Assembly: GCA_047495785.1 (NCBI GenBank)
Contig: JBLDXI010000025.1
Coordinates: 2,108,001-2,172,000 of the forward strand
Source of the DNA: Lepidodermella squamata
Lineage: Eukaryota; Animalia; Gastrotricha
Length of the DNA: 64,000 bases
Direction of reading: 5' to 3'
This document shows, piece after piece, positions 1-11,884 of the stretch. Below the pieces are notes generated by a model. It was given only the letters and a program-made list of their open reading frames with translations, searched no databases and was not told the origin of the DNA. The number at the start of each line of letters is the position of its first letter. Positions within the stretch are counted from its first letter, which is position 1. Both the position numbers and the translations under genes were made by a program.

Positions 1-529
1 CGTTTTTTAAAGGGCCCCACTCTTGACGAAGAGTCGCTCGTTTCGCAAGCCAAAAATGACGTAAGGTAATTGGTGCGGTTTTCGCGAGCAGCTTCGACGC
101 CGCGTGGTTGTTACTCAAAAGCACTGCCTGCTTTTGAAAATATTCATTTTTACCCAGCACAAGGCTGGTTAGTGCTAGAAAGTGCCTATTAAAAAGTGAT
201 ATGCTGGACACCGACTCGAAAATCATCCATTACGAAGTCTTGTGATACACCGCATTCATCCAGCACGGTCCTGAAAATGGACCCGAACAGGTAAACAAAT
301 TGGTAAAAGTCATGAGCGCGTGCTGGACAATAGTTTAAAGCAGGCAGAGTCAACATTTCTGAGAATCAGGTGTGACACTAACGTTTGGATTTGGCAAGCC
401 AATTTGACTTACTTTGCTCGCAATTTTAGCGCGAACCAAGTATCGCAGGTCATTAAATCTCATATCGTCGATAGTGCGGAAAATTAGTGCTGGAAAGGTG
501 CTGAAAGTCGTTCTGGATACAAGTGGAAT

Positions 530-769
530 TCAATAGTTTAATTCCTCTTCGATTTTGCCGTCACTATTAGTGATTATACTACCCAAATATTCGAATTTCG
601 TAACTTTTTCTAGTTTTTTCCCGTTTAATGCCGATTCGTAATTTTGAGCATTCGAACCGTCACTAGAATTAATCATATATTGAGTTTTTGCCGGGTTAAT
701 TTTAAAATCCCATTCGGTGCAAGCCAAGTCGAAAATATGAAGTAGTCGTGAAGTTTTGTCGCGGTTCAT
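530..769 (-). mobile_element. Non-LTR retrotransposon (LINE) reverse transcriptase C-terminal fragment
   Basis: Translation KINPAKTQYM...KLEKVTKFEYLGSII matches the LINE RT end motifs (KINxxKT, V.xFxYLG). Truncated and degenerate downstream. Confidence 0.75.
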
Positions 770-902
770 GCCTACATTTTGACGTCAGGCATATTTCCTT
801 ACGACGCATCGTTGACCCGCGTAAAAAGGAATTCTGACATACCCAGGATGTGGATCCAAATATCGGATCTCGCACTCTATTTTTTGGCATTTGAAGCGTT
901 AA
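755..902. mobile_element. Diverged half-copy of the TTAA-flanked MITE at 4906-5321
   Basis: Reverse complement resembles 4906-5045 (ggatccaaat, cccaggat, gacgcatcgttgacc) and ends in ttaa. Confidence 0.6.
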
Positions 903-1616
903 TGTGGTTTTACTAGTCCCGATTTGCATCTGTGCAAATAGTAGATGCAATTGGTTGAGGCTCGTAAAAATTAATCTAATCTATCATACCTCGCAAGGAT
1001 TGAGATAATTAAAGATGTATATATGCGATCAGGGCCTTTATCATCAACAGCAGCCTCGTTCCGTCGACTAGAGGAAACGTCAGATGTCAGGCCGCAATTT
1101 CGCCGGATTCCGGAACCACCGCGTGGAAGTATTCCAGTCTCAAACCCGCGGCCCCACCAGCTTTAATCGGACGATGAGGAGGTGTCTCAAATCAGTTTGC
1201 AAATCAGTCGTCGATGAAAGTAATTTCTTAATGAACGGTCTTCACCAAGTACCTGGCTACTCGAACAGTAGCGGCATCAACCCAGGGCCAAACCTGCCGA
1301 ACAGCTCTTATCTACCAATTTTGAAATCGCCCTTTCGCTTTCCATGTCTCAAGACTTGTTGAAGCCTAAGACCTCGGAGGATTGCTACACCTATCCAAAT
1401 CTGTCTTCGAATGTCTTAAGGTGGCTGAAGCCGTTTGCGTGGGAAACGTGAAAGTATGCCACAAATTCAGAATGGAACAAGTGTTCTGACCGCTGTCAAC
1501 ATCGCTTATTCACAAGGCGCAATCGCAGACAAATTAACTTGTGACTGTGTAGATTCTCACGATCGATTTGACCTAATATTTTCCCTGATTCATCGCTAAA
1601 CAGTGGTTTTTCACTA

Positions 1617-1775
1617 TTACGCTTGAATCACGCGTTTGTGTATCTGTGCTTTGTTAATGTTGTTAATGTTAATGATGGGTAAGAATGATACCCGGTCGCA
1701 TACAGGCCGGCCCGAATGCGTACGGTCCCCAATATTAACAAAGCACAGATACACAAACGCGTGATTCATGCGTAT
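1617..1775. repeat. Inverted repeat / foldback MITE with ~45-bp arms
   Basis: tgaatcacgcgtttgtgtatctgtgctttgttaat ... attaacaaagcacagatacacaaacgcgtgattca. Confidence 0.75.
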
Positions 1776-4509
1776 TGCAGTCCTCCGATTTTTTTTCGTG
1801 ACTCGACAGTGTCTGCCACTGGAAAAAAATTGCGAAAAAGTGTACGCCAATTTGGAATTTTTGATTTTTGTTCGTTTTTTTTCGCTAAGCTGCTGTAGAA
1901 AGTTCGCAAAATTCGCTAAACTAGTTAATACGCGATTGAAAAATCACAGATGCTATTTCCCAAAGCTTAAAGCCTGAAGTCTTCAATGTTGTTCTAGGGG
2001 AGTAAGGAGTAAGGTCTTTTATATTGCCTTTCATGAAATCAGGGAAACAAACGAAAAGGACTAGAATGCGAGCGAAGCGAGCCGATTTTTCGGCGATTCG
2101 CCTCGGAAAATGCGAAAAATGAGCATCTCGAAGCTGGTTTTTTTTCTATAAAAAGGAATTTTTCTCCTCATTTCTCCTCCTGTTCTCTTACTTCCTTCCG
2201 GACAGATTCCAGATCCCAGATCATTGAAAATTGGGTCTAATGAGAATGGGAACTGTTGGCTTAGGAGAATGGAAAACAAAAGGAAAATAGATAGTGCAGC
2301 GAGCGAAGCGAGCAAATTTTCAATATAAAAGCACAAAATTTAATTTTTAACTCGGGAAATCCCTAAACCTGGCTGGCTTCATAAGGTCTTAAAAGTGTAC
2401 GCCAATCAACTATCCCTGAGCGACAATTTCGGGCCTTTTAACTGCCTAAATCAAAAAAACTAAATATGCAAATTAGCGAGAGTTTTTCTGTTGGCAGTAT
2501 TCTGTCAAAAGTCTAGTTTTTTGCCGAGCTGGACAGTTTTCTGGGTGGTTTTCTGCGGTGAGAGTTTTTGTGGTGAGAGATGGTTTCTACTGCGCAGTCA
2601 CTTGCTCGTTGCTAATTTCACCAGAACTTTCACTCAGGGCCATTTGTACTTCGCATTCAATATTAAAAATGCGGCTTTCACTCTCTGTTTCAAAAAAGAC
2701 AGTTTTACCCTTCACGCAAATCCGTCGATGCAAGTATCATTTTATTCATCAAAACTGATCAATAAAAAAAAATTGAAAAATTGTCAAGTTAATAGTGAAT
2801 GATGTTTCACGAGACGCTCGAACAACGGCTGTGACTGATGCAGAAACCGCCACTGGAGCAGGCCCGATAACCTGTAGATTATAATTGAAATTAATAATTG
2901 AAATTAATTGAACACTGAAATACCTTGTTAATTATCGATACCGTTACGAATTGCTGACCGGCCCGTTAAGACTGGTTCGACTGCAAAATCGATTCGCAGG
3001 ACAAACCTTCAAAAGTTGCGGGTAAATTAAAGAAAACGGAATTAATTTCAAAATTACCTTGAAAATTCGATAAATATCTGACTTGTCCAAATTGCATGGT
3101 CGACGCACCTGGTAGCAAGGCAAGGACGAAGCTCAGAATGCGAAATTGAGGCCGGACGAAAAATTCTTACTAAATAAGACATAGGGATGGATGTTTTGGA
3201 ATTGAAAACAAAAATATGATGATTTGAAGGAACCAAAAAGCCACATTTTTGAAGCATGGCGTGATTACGCAACACCCCGAGGCCTGTGTGCACAACAATC
3301 GAGCGCCCCAATAACAATGATTTTGCCCTATTTCAGCTTTTATTTAGAGCGACAATTTTCAGTCATTAAAAATTTGGCTTTTAAGAAAAATCCAAATTAT
3401 CGAATTTTGCTGTCATTCTTATATTTTAGATGGTTCAGGCTGAAAACGATAAAAATTCGGTAATTTTTAGGATCCAGGTAAATAATTAGGAAAAATTAGG
3501 TAAAATCGAGAAAAACGAGAAATTTCCTGATAAATAAAAACAGATTGATCCGGATAGGTAGAAGGCAGTTTTCGAGCCAGGGAATTTTCGGCAAAAAACT
3601 AGAGGCCGAGGCATCGAATTTCGTTCACTTTCGTTCACTATTTCTGACTTCGCAGTGAAAATAAAGAAAAATCGAAAGTTTGTTTAACGGCGACGAAGAA
3701 ATATTTCACCTGGCAGTTAACTTCGGGTCTCGAGTCGGAAAATGCCGAATTTCCCAAGTTTCATGAAAAACTTCGCGAAGTTATTGCGGTTTCCAGCTTT
3801 TAACTTCCAGTTTTTTCCAAAAACTGCAGTAAGTTTTGAAAAAAGATGAAAAATGGCAGTAAACGGCGTTTTCAGGCAGTTTCTTGCAATTCCCACTGGA
3901 ACTTGGCAGTATTTCGCAAAAAACGTGCACTTGCTGCTCAGGGATACCCCTAACCCTTTTCTCAACGGTTTTAATAAGGAATATTTTTTTGTGTCTGCCA
4001 CTGAGCGTGGTCCAGTGGGGAAAAATCTGAACACTGGCGTATTGATGAAAAGCCACTGTTTTGTATCATTTATATGTTCCTGCCGCGTTTATTATCGCCG
4101 GCAATTGCTTCAATTTTGCTATTGATCCTATCGATTTCTGATTTTATTTGCAAGCTCAAAAACTTTTTAATTTTCAAAAATCAAGAATACATGACCATTG
4201 TGTTCGCCGTACCAGGTACCATCAACAAACATCAAAGAACCAGCTCTGATTTCGAGAAATCGATCGAAGAAAAATCAACTTCTTTGTTTACTGTCGGACA
4301 GAAATTTTCAGCGCTATTCGTGATTCAGCTGAACATTTGCGACCCATGATGTTCCACTATTTTTCTGTAGTGGGCAGTCTATCTTAAATTATGTCCGCAA
4401 GCGACGTGAGACGTGACAATACTTCAGCAACCCCATCTAAGAATTTGCTCACAAGGCGTCAACACTTTGTTGGAAAGTCGATAATATCCTCCAACAACAG
4501 GAAGCAGAA

Positions 4510-4800
4510 GGCAGCTTCAATGCATCGTTTGTAATTTTGATTCATGCTTGAAAGACTCTGACTGCGCAAGCATGATCAATAAATCCGCTTCAATCATTTT
4601 CTGCATGCTATGCTCACATCTCGACCTAGTAAAAAATCAGACTTGCGAACAGTCATACCGTAACGAACGAACGAACGAAGCGAATATCTTTTATTAGTCC
4701 ATCACTTTCCTTCACATCAAAGCAAAAGCGACAAGCGTACCGTATCGCTTGGCCCCACAAGTGCCTTATCATTTGAAGAATTTCCAGCATCTCCTGTGAG
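4510..4800 (+). promoter_or_regulatory. Copy of the conserved upstream non-coding module (before G1)
   Basis: Ordered motifs gcttcaatgc, tgtaattt, gaaagactct, gatcaata, aagtgcc, shared with other copies. Confidence 0.5.
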
Positions 4801-4905
4801 ACACTATCCACCACTTGCCTAGATAGATTCCGGTAAGTAATTCTTGCAATGCAATTGCTGACCTTGCCTGGAAAACTACAAAAACATATATTTTCATATT
4901 TTTAA

Positions 4906-5321
4906 CACTTTAACTGCCAAAAATACACAGCGAGATTGATGTTTGGATCCAAATCCTGGGTCTGTCAAAAGTCCTTTTTTCGGGCGGTCAACGATGCGTC
5001 GTAGGGCAAAATGCCTGCCCGCATAGTGTAGACCTTAATCCGACAGTTCTTTTGACACCGAAAAGTCTGAGCAGGTATTTGAAAGTGACTGTGAAATTTT
5101 CGTCGAAATTTTTGATCAGAGCCAAAAATCAGACCCAAGAATTGGACCTAATTAGACCTAATATTAGACCCAGATTATGGCGCAACATTCGAATATTTCA
5201 CTGTTTTACAAGTTGATTTCTGTTGATTGACAAGTTGCTTGACCCGAAAAATAGACTATTGACAGACCCAGGATTTGAATCCAAATATCGATCTCGCTAT
5301 GTATTTTTGACAGTTAAAGTG
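4906..5321. mobile_element. MITE with ~80-bp TIRs and TTAA target site (piggyBac-like)
   Basis: ttaa|cactttaactgccaaaaatacacagcgagat ... atctcgctatgtatttttgacagttaaagtg|ttaa. Confidence 0.8.
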
Positions 5322-5706
5322 TTAAGTCTTACTACAAATGCGCTTTTTGTTTACCAGCTGTAGATTTTCTGGAGAAATTATGAATTAACACTACGCAGAC
5401 CGTAGCTAATCAGCTCGATTCCTTCTAAATAACATTGCTTGCAATCTCTTTCACGGACACCTAGTTAGTTATTTTACCTAGTTATTTATTTTTATTAGTC
5501 CATCACTTTCCTTCACATCAAAGCAAAAGCGACAAGCGTACCGTATCGCTTGGCCCCACAAGTGCCTTATCATTTGAAGAATTTCCAGCATCTCCTGTGA
5601 GACACTATCCACCACTTGCCTAGATAGATTCCGGTAAGTAATTCTTGCAATGCAATTGCTGACCTTGCCTGGAAAACTACAAAAACATATATTTTCATAT
5701 TTTTAA

Positions 5707-6122
5707 CACTTTAACTGCCAAAAATACACAGCGAGATTGATGTTTGGATCCAAATCCTGGGTCTGTCAAAAGTCCTTTTTTCGGGCGGTCAACGATGCGT
5801 CGTAGGGCAAAATGCCTGCCCGCATAGTGTAGACCTTAATCCGACAGTTCTTTTGACACCGAAAAGTCTGAGCAGGTATTTGAAAGTGACTGTGAAATTT
5901 TCGTCGAAATTTTTGATCAGAGCCAAAAATCAGACCCAAGAATTGGACCTAATTAGACCTAATATTAGACCCAGATTATGGCGCAACATTCGAATATTTC
6001 ACTGTTTTACAAGTTGATTTCTGTTGATTGACAAGTTGCTTGACCCGAAAAATAGACTATTGACAGACCCAGGATTTGAATCCAAATATCGATCTCGCTA
6101 TGTATTTTTGACAGTTAAAGTG
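5707..6122. mobile_element. Second copy of the TTAA MITE, created by the tandem duplication
   Basis: Matches 4906-5321 at offset 801. Confidence 0.8.
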
Positions 6123-6884
6123 TTAAGTCTTACTACAAATGCGCTTTTTGTTTACCAGCTGTAGATTTTCTGGAGAAATTATGAATTAACACTACGCAGA
6201 CCGTAGCTAATCAGCTCGATTCCTTCTAAATAACATTGCTTGCAATCTCTTTCACGGACACCTAGTTAGTTATTTTACCAAATTTTGGTAATTTTCCGGT
6301 TTTTAGCATTAGAAGTAGGCGAATTTTAATCGAGCCTGACAAGCCCACGAATTAGCAAAATTTCTGGCAAAAGGATCGGACATTGTGGTACTGGATCAAG
6401 ACATGATTAAGTGCTGTCTTCTATAAGCGAAATCAGAACAGGAATATATTAGATAACGAAATGCAGAATCTGTCATTAATTGACCTATCAAAAGCAATCA
6501 CTGTATAACACGGCGATTACGGTTCTTAAAATCGTAAAGTTATACATTTCACCAATCAAGTTGGAACAAGAGAGCTGATCAGTTCTTTCAATCTCGGAAA
6601 ACATCGCTTGTGATATAGTATAGCTTTGGATGGCCGCAACTCTGCAGCTGGGTTGCCGCGACACCACAGCTCCGGGATAACAACAGAGGAAGGCTGGAAA
6701 AACCCTTTGGTTTCTTCGGCAGGGTCCTAGAAAACAAGCGAAAACCCATCAGCTTCCGAATCCTACTTCGCACTTCGCACACTGCTTAAGATGCTTGTTT
6801 TGTTCAGGAGTCTAGAAATAGATTTCTTTATAGAGACGGTTATAGTTATATCCGGTTGATTGGCGAAGGAGTAATCAGCGTATT

Positions 6885-8719
6885 ATGGAAAGTACCGAGC
6901 AGAAAGCCAATCAGAAGCAGAGATATACTGTCTTCTGCAACGTAATGACTTCATTCGACTTTTCGAAACCAGGTATAGGCATTTCATTCGTAGGTATGTG
7001 GCAAAGTTGTTCCGCCTAGACCGCTGTACCATCCGAAGCGCTGTAACGCTTGCCAGGTAAACATCTTCTCAACTTTTATATATGATTAACCAGGATTTAT
7101 CCAGAAATTTTTCTCTCGACAAGCCAAACGACGATACGAATTTCAATGTATTACTGGAACATTTGACTGCAAAATACAGTGTGGAGAAACGCGAGGTTGT
7201 TGCAACCGTTGCCGGCTCGAAAGATGCTTTGCATCCCAACGGCAAACTCGTATTACCTACATTTGTATGCATTTCAACCAAAAATTAATTGAGTATAGCT
7301 GCAGGTAAGGCTTCCGAACACAATGATGCGATACTGAACGCTAGCTCTTATGACTCGCGCTTTTATGATAGCAAGGAAGGTCAGGGAAGGTTCAGCGAGA
7401 AAAATGCGAGAAATAACCAGGGCTTGATCATATCCATCCCCACCAATCCTTACGATTATTATCTGACGCTAGTAGAAGACGCCACCAGAAATTCTATTAT
7501 CGGGATCACGTTTCTGCATGACTTGAACTCGGTAATTCTTCATTTAATATTTACGTATATAGTATGCACTTTTCTGTCTCCTGTAGTTACCGCTACGAAG
7601 AAGGAACACTCCCTATGATAACCTCAGCACTTTGGCAACGGAATTTTCCAGGGATCAAATCAGAATGTATAATGATGCAGGCATACGATTCGCGCGTTAC
7701 ATGAAAGGTGCATATTACTTTGACGTTAATAATTAATCAAATTTTCAGATAAAGCGCCGCTTAATGCGCTGAAATTTAGCCATATTCTTTCATCGGTGCT
7801 ACCAGAAGACTACATATCGTTAGGGGCGTTGGATAAATCGAATTTAGGCTTATTTACTTCCATTTCAAGGTAATTAGTGACAAGTCTTTAGTTTTTTTAT
7901 TCTTCATTCACGTGAGAAATTTGCTTTTCACTTGTGAGCCGTCACCTTGAATCAGATGTAAACAAGCCTGAATTCGTCGCTAACAATATCGACGACATTT
8001 ATAATGTAAAAACCGCCATTTTGCAGAAGCCTTCGCCATTTCCGACATCGAGTGGCCTGAAACAGCCACCACCGGATGGTCTGAAACAACAATTGCTTTC
8101 GTGGCTCAACAAGCAGGCGATGAACATCTCATGAGCATAAATAAAGCTATCCTCCCGCAATTTCTGGACGCATTTCCTGAATTTGAGGTACTTTTTCGCC
8201 CAAATGTAGAGAAGTTAAAATTTTTCCAAATGTAATAACTAACGGAAATCCTGTAATTAGGAATTAACACTCATGATCCCCCATAAACTGGAGTTATCAA
8301 TTATAAACTCTTTACTTACCTTAATTTGCTGTCATCTGTATTTCTGCAGCCTCTTATCATGCGAGCGAAGGAGCTATCGCACGTGATGAGCGGCTGGCAA
8401 CCGACAATGCCCGAATTCGCGTTATTCCTTTGCTATCTGTTCTTCAGTGGTATGTGCCGTCGAAATTCTTAGTGATTCTTTGCAGTAATTCTGTATTCCT
8501 CATTCAGGATCTACGTCTCCGGCACTAGTTCAACTATCAATTATCTTACGAAATTCGCTGCTTTTGCAGCACGCTGCTTTGAGAAGAGAATGTCTGGACG
8601 AGAACCACGTCGCAAGGGCTATTGCTGTCATAAAGCAAGCCGTGGCTATTAGGCCGGAATTCGATTTGAAAGCCGGGGTCTGGGCGCGGAATATTAATCC
8701 ATCATTTTTATCTAACTAG
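6885..8719 (+). CDS. Divergent nuclear receptor-like gene G1 (8 exons; class B DBD, CNACQ P-box)
   Basis: Spliced frame MESTEQ...VFCN|VCGKVVPPRPLYHPKRCNACQ|KFFSRQAKRRYEFQCITGTFDCKIQCGETRGCCNRCRLERC. LBD exons include WQPTMPEFALFLCYLFF. GT-AG introns, stop TAG at 8717. Confidence 0.85.
7814..7990. mobile_element. MITE in G1 intron 5, same family as 16300-16482
   Basis: Imperfect TIRs atatcgttag...tttaggctt / aagcctgaatt...ctaacaatat. Confidence 0.55.
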
Positions 8720-9286
8720 ATGCGTACTTAATAATCTGCATTTCGTTCAATGCATTCGTTTCACAATAGATATCAGCCTCTCCCACCTGAAATCAGAATT
8801 AGGACACATACTTGTTTACATCGTCATTGCACTTTCTAGCCACCCCAACCAGCGAACGGTGATTAGCAGCTAATTATAGCATGCATTTTAATACCTGAAG
8901 TTGCAAGCAATTTGGCAATGAATAGCCATTTGATATGAAATAAATAAATAATAAATAAATTGATGACTAATGAAATTATAAATTGATGGCACCAGAGTTT
9001 GATATCAGAACTGTCATGTAACCCGACAGTAAAACGTAAATATGTCTCTCAACCGATGTCATGTACTCGAAGCAGGTGACGGAATGTCCAAAAATTCGCA
9101 TGGAAAAAACATATTATTCATTGTCATCAGCTTTGGCGAAAAAAGAGGAGCCGAAACGATTAAAATTTGTTAAATGTGTGCCACCATGAAGATTTTGCAC
9201 GCAGCACAGCTCAGGTTACGGTTATGTGGGGCTTCCACGAGAGCTTTCCGTCAGGCTCGATAGGTCTTCGAACTTGTAATTTTCAG

Positions 9287-9632
9287 AAATTCTAGACTCG
9301 GCAAGCTTCACGGCGCTTTGAATTCCAGTGTCTTAGTGGCAGAAATAATTGCGAAATCCTTCCGGGAAAAACTCGCGGTTGGTGCACTCGGTGCCGTCTT
9401 GAAAAGTGCTTCTCTTTGCGCTTAAACGCAGGTACAATATTTGTTGACGATTGAAGCTTGGTAGACTTCACTTTCTACAACAGTACTGAAAAGAAGAATA
9501 TAAGCATCGAATCAAAGGTCGAAACCACCAATAGTTTGTCATCAACAACTATTCCAGACAGCCTAGCTTTTCGAACTCAGAATAGTTGAGGGAGCCACGA
9601 AGGCATCAATTGTTGGAATCACCTTCTAGCAC
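9287..9632 (+). pseudogene. Nuclear receptor-like pseudogene fragment (exons 3-4 only)
   Basis: KF*TRQASRRFEFQCLSGRNNCEILPGKTRGWCTRCRLEKC, with TAG stops at 9293 and 9627 where paralogs have sense codons. Other exons absent. Confidence 0.85.
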
Positions 9633-9704
9633 AAAGTCATTTTTCGCTATTCGACATTAAGAATTACCCCCAAGGGTCTCAACTTTCCAATAAGAATTTA
9701 AATT

Positions 9705-10170
9705 ATGAAGTCGCCGATAGTTAGGTGTCGAGAATCACTCAGCAATCGGCTGCGGCTTGTCATCCGGCTTTTGTCCGGCAAGCATCGCGGAAGGCGCTCT
9801 TTCATATTCGGCATAAATTAAGGTATGACACAGACGATAACCTACAGCAATTGATGAAATAATAACACAGCTCTTGCATGAACTTCATATGGGCCATTTT
9901 TCCGCAATAATGTTTACGGTCCGGTTTTGGGCAGCCCTCACTGCTTCATCGCGTTTTTTGAAATATAATATTCTCGCTTGAAAGGCTCTGCGCTCTGAGT
10001 GTGCATTTACGATCAATATTTCTCATGGTTCATTAATTTTCTGCGAGTATCTATATGTTAGCTGCGAAATAACAAGAGAACAGACTCAAACTCCTGAAAA
10101 GGATGACAGTTTGCAGAGTCAATGACTACAATTTGTTAATTCGAATGTTCAACATGAAATCTATCGTAAA
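9705..10170. repeat. ~460-bp segment duplicated at about 15778-16240, containing the conserved module
   Basis: Near-collinear high similarity (cagcaatcgg...cttgtcatccggc...ttcaacatgaaatctatcgtaaa). Confidence 0.85.
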
Positions 10171-11029
10171 CAGACGATATTGGGAGAATAAGCTGATGAT
10201 GCAAAATAATGGCAACGTACTGCTCTTGTCTATCGATTTAGGTGAAGCTTCTTCTTCCGAGACAAAAGATGTCCAGAACATTCTGGATTCTGGTTGAGAT
10301 GCCTTTTTCAGAAATGAGATAATTGGTTTGATTTGACTGATTTTTTTGTTCACCCGCGAGGCTCCAATGATAAAAAATAATCGATCTTCTAATGTCTAAT
10401 ATCTTAGAACACAGGGAGACAGTATAGTTGGATCCATCTGGCATCTGGAGCGAGGTTTTCAACCTTGCGATCTTGTGATTTTAACGTTAATGAAGATGCA
10501 TGGAAGATGCATGGCCTGTCAATAAGATCGAATCCACTGGTCCAATTAGAGTTAGAAATACCGTAACGGATCCTTTTCGGACGGGGAGATTTCGGACACT
10601 TGGCTTTGGGCGTCAGTTCTCCTCAAGCCTGGTAGATAGAAGCACCGGTCGAAATACAGAAGATAGCACAGGGTCTAGTCATTCAAATGGCACCTGACAT
10701 GTGAGAAACACATTGGTCTTCAGTTTACGAAGAATGGTTGCACTTCCTCGCATATATGTGCGCCGAGGTATATTATTGCCAACTTGTTCAAATAGCGGCA
10801 TTTTTGCGGGAAAGAAGCGCAAAAGGCAAACCGCATCGAATTCAGTTCATAGAGAACAGAAGTACTTCTTTGATTCAGTTAGATAGGCAGGTTTGGAACA
10901 AGTTAAAATTTCCCCATTTGTCCTGAAATTCAGCCAGAATAAACGCCGAGTACTCACGCACGCCTTTGGTCTTCAGAAATTGTTGTAATGCTTGTTGGAA
11001 AATCGATTCGAAAACCTCGGACATCAGGA

Positions 11030-11265
11030 TGCAGAAGGCAGCTTCATTGCGTCATTAGTAATTTAATATGATGCTTGAACGGCTCTGTGAATTTGCCATT
11101 GTGATCAATAATTCCGCGCTCCCTTTATTTACTGCATGCAGTACTTACAGCTAAATCAAATGATCACAGTCTCGAGCAGTCATTCTCCATACTTTTTGTA
11201 ATGTGAGGCGCCCAATGAGTGCCTTCTGAGAACATTTAATGACTTGTTCTCAGTGAACACGAGGA
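11030..11265 (+). promoter_or_regulatory. Conserved upstream module (before G2)
   Basis: gcttcattgcg, agtaatttaata, gaacggctct, gatcaataa, ttctcagtgaacacgag. Confidence 0.55.
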
Positions 11266-11884
11266 CAAATTTAATTTCTTTCGACCAAGTATTTCGACAT
11301 CCAGCAGCTTCATTTACTTCATTCATTTTCATTTTCATTTTTCTGTGAACAGACAATTACGCAATGTTACTTCTAGTCAATTTCTATTTCCGACTAGATT
11401 CAGGAAACCTTTTCCATAAATTTTGAACTATAACTGCAGAAAAACTATTCCTCCAAATTCCTTGCAGGCAATGAGGGTCATTTTCGAAGCTTTTCCGTGC
11501 TCCTTGTTTACCACTTATGCCGAATAAATCTCCCACTGTAACTTTTCTCTAGTTGAGGTTAAGCTCTCCTGGATAGAATCGGTTGCTTCGAAACTTTTAA
11601 CTATGTAGTTTTAATTATCGATCATATTTTTTTTAGTTAAAACAATCGAATCTAGAATGGAAACTAGAAACTATTTTACTGAGGTGACATTTTACGATTG
11701 CTCCGCAGCTATAACATGCGTTTTCAGCTATCAAAGGTGTATAGACTGGGGTACATTTTTATGAAATTCTCATCAGAAAATGTGCAAATGAAAGCGGTAG
11801 AAAAAATGCAATTACCAATTTTTGAAGACATTTTTTTTGCTATTAATTAATTACTCGAAGAATTTTGTGATCTCATTAATCATT

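Larger units (their letters stand above)
4690..6279. repeat. Direct tandem duplication, period 801 bp (about 4690-5478 and 5491-6279)
   Basis: The two copies appear identical by eye, joined by a short tagttatttatt junction. Confidence 0.95.

Noticed and set aside
1084-1440. GC-richer segment with a 92-aa ORF
   Set aside because: Possibly retroelement debris, but there is no diagnostic motif.
1780-4040. Single large DNA transposon (gcgagcgaagcgagc motifs, repeated gtgtctgccactg)
   Set aside because: Looks repeat-derived, but I could not define matching TIRs or a target duplication.
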